Of a stretch of 32,000 nt of DNA, positions 8,721-21,745 are shown in pieces. Origin of the DNA: Desulfobulbus propionicus DSM 2032 (lineage in GTDB: Bacteria; Desulfobacterota; Desulfobulbia; Desulfobulbales; Desulfobulbaceae); contig NC_014972.1 of the NCBI RefSeq assembly GCF_000186885.1, forward strand, positions 3,570,001 through 3,602,000, read 5' to 3'. The notes beneath the pieces were generated by a model. The model did not search any database. It was not told the DNA's origin and was given only the letters and a program-made list of their open reading frames with translations. Made by a program: the position numbers and the translations under genes. The first letter of the stretch is position 1; each line of letters starts with the position of its first letter.

Positions 8721-10431
8721 CACATCCTCCAACTGACACCGGCCATCCAGGTCAGGGGCGGGCCGAGCAGGCCATCGGCGTAGTAGTAGGTGGTGTCGGC
8801 GAGGTTCTTGATCTCGGTGAACAGGGCGTATTGGCCCAGCCGGTATTCGGCGCGGAGATTGGCCAAGGCATAGTCGGGCACGGTAGTGGTGTTGGCGCGA
8901 TTGAGGAAGACCTCGGAGACGTACTTGGCGGAGAAGACCGTGGTCAGCCGCTCGCTCACCTGCCAGGTACAATCGAAGGTGGCGGTATGCTCGGCCTTGG
9001 CCGGGACGAACAGGCCACTCTCTTCGTCAATGGCCCGCATGTAGGTGTAGCCGGCCTTGAGGTTGAGGGGGGTGATCGGTTTCCAGTTGATCGCCACATC
9101 GCCGCCACGGTAGCTGACCTCGCCGAAATTCTCGTACTGGCCGATGCCATCATAACCGGTGACATAGGTGATGCGGTCGCTGAGCAGGTTGTAGAAGACC
9201 GAGGTCCGCAGGGTGAGTTGTTCGATCGGCGTCAGTGCCAGGGCCAGGCTGTAGTTGTCGGCGGTTTCCATGCCCAGGTCCGGATTGGGCCGGGTGGAGC
9301 TGGTGTGGTTATAGCGCTGATAAAATGAGGGAATATTGTTGCTGCCGCTGTAAGAGCCGGTCAGGCTCCAGCACGGTTGCTGGTAGAGCAGTTTCAGTTC
9401 CGGATTGAGCACATCGTCAAAGGCGGTGTTGGCATTGACGCGCAGGCCCCCGGACAGGGACCAGGGACTCTGCCCTTGATGGATGGTCTGGCTGGCAAAG
9501 AGGGAAAAAACCTCCTCGCTCTGATCAGCAAAGGTGGTGCCGTGGGCCTGGGCCAGGCGATAACCGGCGCCGTAGGCCAGTTCGCCCAACCCGCCGGTGG
9601 TGATGGATGCACTCAGATCCTCGCCCAGTTCGTTGACCCGCAAGCGTTGGTCCAGGGCTCGGCTGATATCGGTGTTGTGCTGCTCACCGCTATTGAAGAA
9701 GGTGGCGCTGGTATAGCCGTAGGCGCGGGCCTGGGCGGAGAGGATGGCAGTCTCGTTTTCCTTGCGCGATTGCGGGGTGGGGTAGTCCGGCAGGCCGGTC
9801 AGACCCCGCTCATCGTGGACAAAATCAGCGCCGAGATTGATGCCCCGCTCTTCATCCGCATTGTAGGCGAGCTTGAGCCCGGCCCGGTGGCGCAGGCTGT
9901 CGTCGTTGATCGTGTAGCCCTGGGTGGTTTCCACCTCGCCACCGGCCTCTGCCCCCCATTGGCCACGGCGAGCCTGGACATTGGCTCCGGCATACCCGGT
10001 ATCCTGGTTGCCGCCGTAGGTCTTGATCGATCCGCTGACGGCGCTGATCGCCCGGGTGGTGACAAGGATCACCCCGCCGCCCGCATCCTGGCCGTAGCGC
10101 ACCCCGCCCTTGCCGCGCAGGATCTCGATCCGCTCCACCTGGTCCGGGTCGACCATGGACCAGTTGATAGCCCCGTAGCTGGAGGTGGGATCGTTGATCG
10201 GCCGTCCGTCCACGAGCACCCGCACCTTGGAGGAACCGTGGATGCTCACCGAGGTGTCACCGGCACTCACCCCGGGCACATGGTTGAGCAGATCAGCCAT
10301 CTTGTTGGCCTTCAACTGCTTGATTTCCTCAGCCGTGAGGATGATGGCGCCTTCCTCCTCCTGGCCCGAGCCTGCACCCGGTGCCAAAAGCGTGCCCAGG
10401 CAGGTCAGCAGCGCGCAGGCCCAGGGCCGAA

Positions 10432-10444
<13 letters not shown>
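8720..10444 (-). CDS. TonB-dependent outer-membrane receptor (short, BtuB-size) embedded between cobN and chlD-like
   Basis: Start re-called to ATG 10444 (MERIIRPWACALLTCLGTLLAPGAGSG signal peptide), 13 nt inside the cobN 3' end. It has a TonB-box-like GAIILTAEE and the plug motif IEILRGKGGVRYGQDAGGGVILVTTR. A beta-barrel-like alternating sequence runs to the C-terminus ...MAGVSWRM. Confidence 0.9.
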
Positions 10445-14210
<3,766 letters not shown>

Positions 14211-14211
<1 letters not shown>

Positions 14212-15458
14212 CAGGCCTCCTCGGTATGGGGGGAAAAGGATCGGCAACAGGCAAAGGTTTCCAGGCAGGCGATCAGGGCCGTGGCGTCGGCGCAGTGCCG
14301 AGGAGCGGATTCGCCGTTGACCCGTAAACCCGGCGGCACCCCCTGGCGCAGACTGAGCAGGGGCAGACCGCGATCAAGGGCGCCCTGCAGCAAGTCCACA
14401 TTGGCCTGGTTGGCCGGCCCCACCGGAAAACCGCTATCAATGACCAGATCACAGCCGTCCATCAATTCCAGGGCCTGCTGGGTGGCCGCGCCGTTGATCG
14501 TGGCCATGGGCTCGACCGCAACGCAATCCGCGCCGAGCGAGCGGGCCACATACCAGTCGAGGTCATTGCCGTGGACCACACCGGTGGCCAGGGCAAAACC
14601 CTTTTTGGCCAGGATGCGGTAGACCAGGGCGCCGCTGCCCATGCCGCCGACCACGAAGGCGCGGCCGTGGTCGCCGGCGCTTTTGAGCTCGATGCCACCG
14701 AGATCCCGATTGAACCGGGCCTTGTCAAACTCGTAGAGGGTGGTGACACTGTCGCCGCTGAGCACTGCTTCCGGGGCACCCCAGGCCATCAACCCGCCGT
14801 CGCGGATCAGGGCCACCTGGTCACTGACCTTGGCCGCCACATCCACATCGTGCAGCGAGGCAATCACCGTGATGCCCTGGCTGCGGCAGAGGTCGCGGAG
14901 GATGGCCATCACCTCCACCCGGTGTTTGAGATCCAGATGCATGGTGGGTTCATCGAGCAGCAGCATCCGCGGCGCCTGGGCCAGAGCCCGCGCCATCAAC
15001 ACCTTCTGCCGTTCACCGTCGCTGAGATCGACAAAGGCACGCTCGGCCAGCTCCAGGGCATGGACCGCAGCCAGCGAGGAACTCACCGCCACCTGATCCT
15101 GGGAGCCGAGGCGACCGAGGTAATCGGTATGGGGATAGCGGCCCAGGGCCACGAACTCGAACACCGAAAACATCGGCGGCGCGATCTTGTCGGTGAGCAC
15201 CACCGCCATGGTCCGGGCCAGGTCCATGGCGGAGAGCTGCGACAAAGGCCTGCCCTGCACCCTGATCTCGCCGGCCACGGGGGAAAGGTGACGGGACAGG
15301 GTGCGGAGCAGGGTGGTCTTGCCGGCGCCGTTGGGTCCGAGCAGACTGATGAACTCCCCGGGGCGGCAGGTAAAGGAGAGATCGCGCAGCACAGTGCGGT
15401 TTTTGTAGCCGACACTCAGGCCGGTTACTTCCAGGATGGGGGATTGGTTGGTGCTCAT
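14211..15458 (-). CDS. ABC importer ATP-binding protein (FepC/BtuD-like) fused to an unassigned ~160-aa C-terminal domain
   Basis: 415 aa. The N-terminal ~255 aa carry Walker [10 protein letters not shown], signature LSDGERQKV, Walker [13 protein letters not shown] and an H-loop SLHD. The C-terminal part ([34 protein letters not shown]...) looks Rossmann-like but I cannot name it. Confidence 0.9.
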
Positions 15459-16504
15459 AGTTTGACCCTCCGTTTGAGCAGCAGGGTGATAACAATCGGG
15501 GCGCCGAAAAAGGCGGTGATCGCCGAGAGCGGTAACTCCACCGGCGCCATGACCGTGCGGGCGATCAGGTCGCAGAGGCTGGCCACCAGCCCGCCCATGA
15601 GGCAGGCGCCGGGGATGAGGATGCGGTTATCCGAGGTGCCGAAACCGAGCCGGGCCATGTGCGGCACGGCCATGCCGATGAAAGCCACCGGCCCGGCCAT
15701 GGAGGTGACCATCCCGGCCAGGGCGCAGGCACAGAGCAGGATCAAGAGGCGGAAGCGGCGGATGTCGACTCCCATGGAACCGGCGTACTCCTCGCCGAGC
15801 AAAAAGGCGTTGAGCGGTTTGCTCTGCACATAGAGCAGCACCAGGATGGCGCCGCCAGCGGCCAGCAGCAGCCAGATCTCATCCCACTTGAAGCCGGAGA
15901 AACTGCCCAGCTGCCAGAGGACAAAGCCCTTGATTTTGTCCTTCTCGGCAAAGGCGGTGAGGATGGCGCTGACCGCACCGCAGAGGTAGCCCATCATCAG
16001 GCCGACGATCAACAGCGTCACCCCGCCTTTGACGCGGTTGGCAATGGCGAGCACGACCAGCATAACCCCGTAGGCGCCGGCAAAGGCGGCCAGGGTGGAG
16101 ATGAACGGGGTGAACAGGGTCCAGCCGATGGTGACGCTGGTGAGCATCACAAAGGAAACCATCAGGGTGGCGCCGGAACTGATGCCGAGGATATAGGGGC
16201 CGACAATAGGGTTGCGGAAATAGATCTGCAACAACAGCCCCGAGGCCGCCAGATAGGCACCGCCGAAGACTGCGGCAATGGCACGGGGAATGCGGATATT
16301 CCACAGGATGGCGGTGGTGGTCGAGGCATCCTGCGGATGGCAGAGCGCCTGCCAGATCTCGTTGAGGGGAAAGGAAATCGAACCGATGGCCACATTGAGC
16401 ACCAGCATCACCAGGGTGAGCATCCCAAGCAGGGCAAAAACCAGCGGTGGACGCCGCAGCAGCAGCGGTCGCACCTGGGGCAGACAGCATTCAGAGGTGG
16501 TCAT
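15455..16504 (-). CDS. FecCD/BtuC-family ABC importer permease
   Basis: 349 aa and polytopic. Typical FecCD features are RIPRAIAAVFGGAYLAASG and the C-terminal PLSAITAFFGAPIVITLL. ATGA overlaps occur at both ends. Confidence 0.92.
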   Translation of the reverse strand: MTTSECCLPQVRPLLLRRPPLVFALLGMLTLVMLVLNVAIGSISFPLNEIWQALCHPQDASTTTAILWNIRIPRAIAAVFGGAYLAASGLLLQIYFRNPIVGPYILGISSGATLMVSFVMLTSVTIGWTLFTPFISTLAAFAGAYGVMLVVLAIANRVKGGVTLLIVGLMMGYLCGAVSAILTAFAEKDKIKGFVLWQLGSFSGFKWDEIWLLLAAGGAILVLLYVQSKPLNAFLLGEEYAGSMGVDIRRFRLLILLCACALAGMVTSMAGPVAFIGMAVPHMARLGFGTSDNRILIPGACLMGGLVASLCDLIARTVMAPVELPLSAITAFFGAPIVITLLLKRRVKL

Positions 16505-17646
16505 GATTGCTCCTTGACGGGTGGGGGCTCGGTATTGGGCAACTCGGTGAAGTAACGCAGCCGGTAGTTGGGATAGGCCTCGGGATGGAGGATGGCGCTG
16601 ATCTCGGTGAGGATCTCGTCCAAGCGGTCCGCCGACTGGCTGTAGTGGGGGAGCGGCGCATAGACCCGGCCGCGTTTGAGTGGGCCGATGTCCCTGATCA
16701 GCGGGTTGAGCTTGGCCAGGGCCTCCTTGGAGGTGGCCCCCATTTCTCCGGTGCGGTAGGTAAAAAAGATATCCGCATCCTGGCCGGAGTAGAGAAAGCG
16801 CTCCACGGTGATCTCGATGCAGGCGGTGCCGAAGACATCCTTGAATTGGTAATCGGACTGGGCCAGTCCCACCAATTCCCCCACCCAGGCGTTGCCCGGT
16901 TCAACCATGACCCGTTTTTCGTAGATATCGCCCCACATCACCTTGGGCTGATGGGCCAGGCCGGCGGTGCGGGCGCGGATGTCGCTCAGTGCCGCATCGA
17001 TGCGGGCAAAATAGCTCTCCGCTTCGCGCTCCTTGTGGAAGAAGGGAGCGAGAAACTGGACAAAACGCATACGGGTATTGAGGCACATGGCGGTGGGCGT
17101 GGTGGTGACCACGGCGGGAATACCGAGATCATCGAGCAGGGGAATCACCCCCGGATCCCAGGTGAGCACCAGTTCCGGGTTGCTCTGCTTGAGCCGCTCG
17201 AAATCGATACTGGCAGCATCGCCGAGATAGGCAATCCGCCCGGCCTCCATGCCCTGCCTGATCTCGGGAATGTACCAGCGTTGAGCCGGCGAGGTCACCC
17301 CCACCAGGGTCTGTTCGAGTACGCCCAGGGCTCGGAGCACAGCAATATCAAAGGCCCCGTAGGCGGCCACCCGCTGCACCGGGGTGCGCACCACCTGGCT
17401 CGGCCGCACATCGGTGGGCATGGCCGCCTCGCGGGGGATGAGCACCAGGGTGCGGCCGGCGCCGTCGCGGACCTCGGTACGCTCAGGTGAGATGCGGTTG
17501 ATACTGAACTCACCTATTTGCAGAAAGGCGGGTTGTTGCCGCTCAGGTCCGGAGCCGTTGGCCGCGTCCTTATCGCTGCGACACCCAGCCAAAACCAGCA
17601 GCCCAATCAGCGCGCTGAGCAGCCAGAAAAAAGATATTCGTCTCAC
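16501..17646 (-). CDS. Periplasmic substrate-binding lipoprotein of the BtuF/siderophore (class III) family
   Basis: Start re-called to GTG 17646 (RBS GGGAGG 10 nt upstream, GTGA overlap with the resB-like stop). The track's TTG at 17676 is less likely. The lipobox is LLVLAGC. A binding-protein-like fold is suggested by RVAAYGAFDIAVLRALG and PELVLTWDP. Confidence 0.88.
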   Translation of the reverse strand: MRRISFFWLLSALIGLLVLAGCRSDKDAANGSGPERQQPAFLQIGEFSINRISPERTEVRDGAGRTLVLIPREAAMPTDVRPSQVVRTPVQRVAAYGAFDIAVLRALGVLEQTLVGVTSPAQRWYIPEIRQGMEAGRIAYLGDAASIDFERLKQSNPELVLTWDPGVIPLLDDLGIPAVVTTTPTAMCLNTRMRFVQFLAPFFHKEREAESYFARIDAALSDIRARTAGLAHQPKVMWGDIYEKRVMVEPGNAWVGELVGLAQSDYQFKDVFGTACIEITVERFLYSGQDADIFFTYRTGEMGATSKEALAKLNPLIRDIGPLKRGRVYAPLPHYSQSADRLDEILTEISAILHPEAYPNYRLRYFTELPNTEPPPVKEQS

Positions 17647-18449
17647 GATGTGCGAGCCTCCCGAATCATCATCCAATCAAAGAAATAGAGCACAAGGCCC
17701 AGGGAAAAGAGAACCATACCTGCCAGATAGAGCCCGACCCCCGGATCCTTGCGCACAAAGAGATCGACTCTGGTTTTCATCTTCATTCCACCCTGACTTT
17801 TAGGGAAAAAATTGCGCAGATGCAGGCTGTAGCCCTGAAACCGCACCGGTCGGGTACAACTGAGGATCGCCTCCCGCTTGGTCATGCCATCATCAAGCAG
17901 CAGCCTGACTCGGGCGGTGATGACCTCATCCTCAAGAAAGGCGAGGCGCTTGCCCTGGTAGTACTCGGGTTCAAAGGCGATGAGTTCGACCTGACCCCTC
18001 GTGCCGGGTAAGGAGAGGTGGGTACCCGGCACCAGGGTACTGCCGGTCAGGACGTCGGTGAACAGATAGCTGCACAGATAGCCGGCAAGGATGATGATCA
18101 GGGCGTAGTGCATGATGTGCGGCGCCAGCTTGAGCAGCCCCGGCCATCCACTGCGGCGGACGGCCAGGAGCTGGCGCATGCGGTTGGTGGTACAGACGAA
18201 GGTGTTGGCAGTCAGGACACTGAGCAGCACCAGCAGCAGGAAAAACCAGCTGGTCTGCTCCAGGTTGTGGCTGCCGTAGGTACGCATCCAGGCTGTCAGC
18301 CCCATGTCGTTGAGCGGGACGAACAAAGCGGTGTGCCGCACCAGGCAGAAATACCCCCAGATCAGATCCAGCGTCAAAAGCACGCAGAGGCCAATGGTCA
18401 GGTTGATGCTGGCTAACCCCTGCCAGATGACGGTGCAGATTCCTTTCAT
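17643..18449 (-). CDS. ResB/CcsB-like membrane protein, unusually short
   Basis: 268 aa with about 4 TM segments. A ResB-like periplasmic segment reads ...AILSCTRPVRFQGYSLHLRNFF, and the C-terminal TM is preceded by KDPGVGLYLAGMVLFSLGLVLYFF. The ATG overlaps the ccsA-like stop (ATGA). Confidence 0.75.
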   Translation of the reverse strand: MKGICTVIWQGLASINLTIGLCVLLTLDLIWGYFCLVRHTALFVPLNDMGLTAWMRTYGSHNLEQTSWFFLLLVLLSVLTANTFVCTTNRMRQLLAVRRSGWPGLLKLAPHIMHYALIIILAGYLCSYLFTDVLTGSTLVPGTHLSLPGTRGQVELIAFEPEYYQGKRLAFLEDEVITARVRLLLDDGMTKREAILSCTRPVRFQGYSLHLRNFFPKSQGGMKMKTRVDLFVRKDPGVGLYLAGMVLFSLGLVLYFFDWMMIREARTS

Positions 18450-19231
18450 GGCATCACCAGACCACGAAAGGGGCCAATATCAGGTAGGCAGCTTAAGCAA
18501 AGGACAACCAGGCCACCCAGACCAACGAAGATGGCCCTTGCCTGCTGGCTCCAGGTTTTGCTGAGGTGAAGATGGAGGACGCAGGCATAAAAGAACCAGC
18601 CCGCCATGGTCAGGGTCAGGGCCGGATCCTCCCAGACCACCGGCGTACCCCAGCCCAGATAGCACCAGAGTTCGCCGCAGAACATGGAAGCCGTCCACAG
18701 TCCGAATCCCAGCGCGGCCCAGCGCAGGGACTTATGCAGGGCAACCGTGGGTCGCAGACCATCGATCCACCTGTCGCTCAGGGGCCAGACGCACAGGGCC
18801 CAGGCGGCGCTGATGACACAGCTTGCCTTGGCGAAGAGGGCAAACCAGAGAAACCCATGACTGAGCAGGGTCTTGGACTTGAGAAAGGGCAGATAAAAAT
18901 CCTTGGGGAAAGCGAGAGACGTGACCACCAGAGCAACAAGCAGCGCAAGGACAAGCCGCCAGAGCATGCGCTCGCCCGGCTCTGAGCCGTTGCCGATACA
19001 CAAGGCCAGCAGCCCCAGGCAAAGCGGCAGCGCCACGGCGCCGAGATGCATCGGCAACATCGGCCAGGCCTGGGTATAACGAAGGGCAACAATCACCAGG
19101 TTGCATCCCAGGGCCGGCAGCAGCAGAATCCGCGAAAGGAATACCCACCGCTGCGGCAGGAAGGCGGCCATCAGCGAGGTCAGATAACAGAGTCCGGCGC
19201 AGAGCCATGTTGTCTGGGTCAGGTGGTTCAT
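18446..19231 (-). CDS. CcsA/ResC-family (cytochrome c assembly-type) membrane protein with degenerate WWD motif
   Basis: Start re-called to ATG 19231 (MNHLTQTTW...). The track's 19447 start would run through the riboswitch terminator. 261 aa and polytopic. The WWD-like segment is GELWCYLGWGTPVVWEDPALTLTMAGWFFYACVLHLH, with flanking His residues (SHGFLWF, LHLH). Confidence 0.8.
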   Translation of the reverse strand: MNHLTQTTWLCAGLCYLTSLMAAFLPQRWVFLSRILLLPALGCNLVIVALRYTQAWPMLPMHLGAVALPLCLGLLALCIGNGSEPGERMLWRLVLALLVALVVTSLAFPKDFYLPFLKSKTLLSHGFLWFALFAKASCVISAAWALCVWPLSDRWIDGLRPTVALHKSLRWAALGFGLWTASMFCGELWCYLGWGTPVVWEDPALTLTMAGWFFYACVLHLHLSKTWSQQARAIFVGLGGLVVLCLSCLPDIGPFRGLVMP

Positions 19232-19421
19232 ACTTCTACCCCCGAAATAACGGGGAGATGAAGCGACAGCCTGCGCATGGCGGCAGGACTCCGACAGGGG
19301 TGGAAATGATGAACAGAGATGGGTATGACCTGAAGGTGTTGCATGGCTCCTCGCACACGGGTTCGGTGGTGGAGTCAACAACGGGGAGAAGGGGGCCACG
19401 GCCTGCGGTTGGTGGGCGGGC

Positions 19422-19464
19422 AAAAAAAAATCCCGGATCGAATACAATAAATTCGATCCGGGAT
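19422..19464 (-). terminator. Intrinsic terminator forming the expression platform of riboswitch no.2
   Basis: Minus strand reads ATCCCGGATCGAAT-ttattgt-ATTCGATCCGGGAT followed by T9. That is a perfect 14-bp stem (19430-19443 / 19451-19464) plus a U-run (19422-19430). Confidence 0.8.
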
Positions 19465-19536
19465 AGCCCTATTTATCCGCAGAAATATATCAGATTACCG
19501 GGTACGCCGCCGTCCACGCAGTCGTCTCCAAACATC

Positions 19537-19699
19537 CATTCAGGCAGGTCTTCTGACTTCCGGCTCATCCTACTAACTGCGTCTTCCCAACCCTTCTAGG
19601 GTCAGTGACTTTGGTGCAGCGTTCGTCCCCGGTCACAGCGGCGGGCCCGTCCCCGATTTACGCGGGGTTCCCTCTTGCGTTCTTGCGAACACCTGAATG
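19537..19699 (-). promoter_or_regulatory. Cobalamin (B12) riboswitch aptamer no.2
   Basis: P1 is cattcagg / cctgaatg. The core reads agaGGGAAccccGCGtAAAtCGGggaCGGgCCCGCcGCTGT, GTCACTG and GGGAAG, with B12 box AGTCAGAAGACCTGCC (revcomp of 19543-19558). Confidence 0.9.
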
Positions 19700-19704
19700 T
19701 GCAA

Positions 19705-19735
19705 TGCATAAAACAGATACACCGGGCAAAGTCAA
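19705..19735 (-). promoter_or_regulatory. Candidate sigma70-type promoter for riboswitch no.2 operon
   Basis: Minus strand reads TTGACT (19735-19730), N19, TATGCA (19710-19705), then 6 nt before the P1 strand ATTCAGG. The other two riboswitch cassettes show the same -10/6 nt/ATTC..CAGG layout. The spacer is long, so confidence is low. Confidence 0.3.
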
Positions 19736-20005
19736 GATAATTACATGACAAAGCCTTTAATAAAATAAAATAATTGCGGTTTTTTTCAGCAACATTCCTC
19801 GCATCTACCCTAATCACGCCACACCAGGCATGAACATCCACGACACAAATACCGAACAGATGATGTACAGATATTGATACAATTTATCTTTTTGGCAAAC
19901 GCGCACAAAGAGTACAATGCAATTTTTTATCACCAGCAATGATCAACAACAACTCCGACTTCCAACCATTCTGAAATTGCAGTCAAAAGCTCCGTGCTCT
20001 TCTTT

Positions 20006-20917
20006 TTACAAATGGGCCATGGCCACCTTGAGCTGCGCAATCCACATGTCGACAATGGCATCAACCTCACCCAGACCCTTCATCACCGGCACGCTCTCGA
20101 TGCCGGCTTTGGCGAGCTGACTTTTCCAGGAGTCGGGCTCGTCGCCGGCCATGTCGTTCATAGCATGGTCGCCAGCTACGGTCATAAAGGGAATGAGATA
20201 GGCTTTTTTGATCTTCTTGGCCATCAGCATGTCACGGATCTCTTCAAAAGTTGGGTGGCCTTCAACGGTGCCAACATAGAGGTTGGCATCCATCTGCTGC
20301 GCCTTATACATCAGGGCGCTGTACATGGCATCCGTGGGATGATGGGTGCCGTGGCCCATGAACACCACTGCCTCACCCGCCTTGCGCTCCTTGGGCACGA
20401 CCTTCGTGGTGATGATCTTTAGTGCCTGCTCCATGGTCTCGTCGCTGATCAGCAGCGGCAGGGAGACTTTCACCTGCTCGATGCCGCCGACCATCTGACC
20501 AAAAAGGCGGGCATTGGCATTGATCTCATGGAACTCGGCACCGGGGATCATGTGTAATGACTGCACCGCCACCTTGGTGTAGCCTTCGTCCATCAACCGG
20601 GCCAGGGCCATCTCCGGGGAGTCGATCTGCTTGCCCTCTTCTTTGGCCAGCTTTTTGCGGATGATGTTCGAAGTATAGGCCCAGCGCACCTCGGTGCCGG
20701 GGAAGGCTGCCTTGACTCGCTTCTCGATATTGGTAAACGAGGCCTGGGCCTTTTCCACACTGGTGCCGAAGGTCACCAGGAGGATGGCGATTTTATCCTC
20801 TTTTTTCTTACCGTGCTCCATGGCCTTGGCGGTTGCGGCCTGGAAACAGACCGCAACCAAAGCGGCAACGGCTACGGCCATCATTTGTTGTACCAGTCGT
20901 TGAATGTGCATGTTCAT
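20006..20917 (-). CDS. cbiK: Sirohydrochlorin cobaltochelatase CbiK with N-terminal signal peptide (periplasmic CbiK type)
   Basis: Start re-called to ATG 20917 (RBS aaaggagaaaATG). The track's 453-aa ORF is an out-of-frame run through tonB. Signal peptide is MNMHIQRLVQQMMAVAVAALVAVCFQAATAKA. CbiK motifs are ILLVTFGTS, VVFMGHGTHH and PFMTVAGDHA. Confidence 0.9.
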   Translation of the reverse strand: MNMHIQRLVQQMMAVAVAALVAVCFQAATAKAMEHGKKKEDKIAILLVTFGTSVEKAQASFTNIEKRVKAAFPGTEVRWAYTSNIIRKKLAKEEGKQIDSPEMALARLMDEGYTKVAVQSLHMIPGAEFHEINANARLFGQMVGGIEQVKVSLPLLISDETMEQALKIITTKVVPKERKAGEAVVFMGHGTHHPTDAMYSALMYKAQQMDANLYVGTVEGHPTFEEIRDMLMAKKIKKAYLIPFMTVAGDHAMNDMAGDEPDSWKSQLAKAGIESVPVMKGLGEVDAIVDMWIAQLKVAMAHL

Positions 20918-20996
20918 TTTCTCCTTTTCATTGATATAGTCGATGCATCCGTACGTGCCTTGCTCGCTGTACGGCCGCATCATGGGTTGAGTTGGC

Positions 20997-21745
20997 TTAT
21001 CCTTCCAGTTTGAAGGTGATGGTCTGTTCCACCAGGGCTTTGACGGCCACGCCGCCTTTGGTGCCTGGTCGAAATCGCCAACCGGAGATACATCGCAATA
21101 CGGCTTGCTCAAACACTCCTTCTGGATCGGCGTCCAACACAGCGACCTTGTCCACTTGCCCCTGCTCATCGACCACGAATTTGACCTTGATCCAGCCCTC
21201 GATGTTACGGCGCTTGGCGGCTGGAGGATAGACTGGTGGAGCCTTTGCAACCGCAGCCAATGGGCCATCAAGCTGACCGACAGTATAGATGCCGCCCCCA
21301 CCCCCACGTGCGCTTTCTCCCTGGGCGGAGCTCGCGGAGGGAGTTGCCGCCGAGGCCGCAGCGGCACTTACATTACTCGTCGACACCGAGGATGTCGTGC
21401 CTTGAGGTTGCATTTGCGGCGAACTGGCGGCCACCGGGACTGTCTCCACAGGTGTTTTTTGTTCTTCAACAGGTTTCTTTTTACCACAGGTGGTGGCGAC
21501 TTTTTCGCCACCGGCTTGGGCATGTTTTTCTTCTTGACCGGGGCAGGCGCTTTCGAGGCCGGAGGCGAAGCAGGAACAGCTTGCGGTGGTCCAGCCTCTG
21601 GAGGACCTGATGCCTGCAGAATGGAAAAGTCCAAAGCCACCGGTAGGCGTACCGGCGGGGTGTGCTGACTGATGGTCACGGCTGCGAGAAAAAACATCGC
21701 ATGTACGAGCAGGGAAAACTGGGTAGCTTTGATTTGTCGGGTCAT
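20997..21745 (-). pseudogene. tonB: TonB energy transducer, reading frame interrupted by an apparent 1-nt frameshift
   Basis: ORF 21368-21745 encodes the N-terminal TM and Pro/Lys-rich region (...APAPVKKKNMPKPVAKKSPPPVV). ORF 20997-21449, in another frame, encodes the linker and TonB C-terminal domain (...YPPAAKRRNIEGWIKVKFVVDEQGQV...). Adding one A to the A5 run (plus-strand T5 at 21478-21482) joins them as ...PPPVVKKKPVEEQKTPVETVPV.... The total length of 749 nt is not a multiple of 3. Confidence 0.8.

Noticed and set aside
19232-19447. N-terminal 72-aa extension of the ccsA-like ORF as given in the track (start 19447)
   Set aside because: The extension would be translated through the riboswitch terminator hairpin and T-run and is Pro/Ser/His-rich junk. 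The hydrophobic CcsA-like sequence begins at the ATG at 19231.
19870-19888. Fur-box-like sequence gatattgatacaatttatc (14 of 19 matches to GATAATGATAATCATTATC by eye)
   Set aside because: The match is only moderate and sits in an AT-rich spacer where such matches arise by chance. It lies ~135 bp upstream of the candidate promoter rather than over it. It is worth rechecking only with a lineage-specific Fur matrix.
20918-21367. Upstream 150-aa extension of the cbiK ORF (track ORF 20006-21367)
   Set aside because: It overlaps the TonB C-terminal domain in another frame. A strong RBS and a signal peptide begin at the ATG at 20917.
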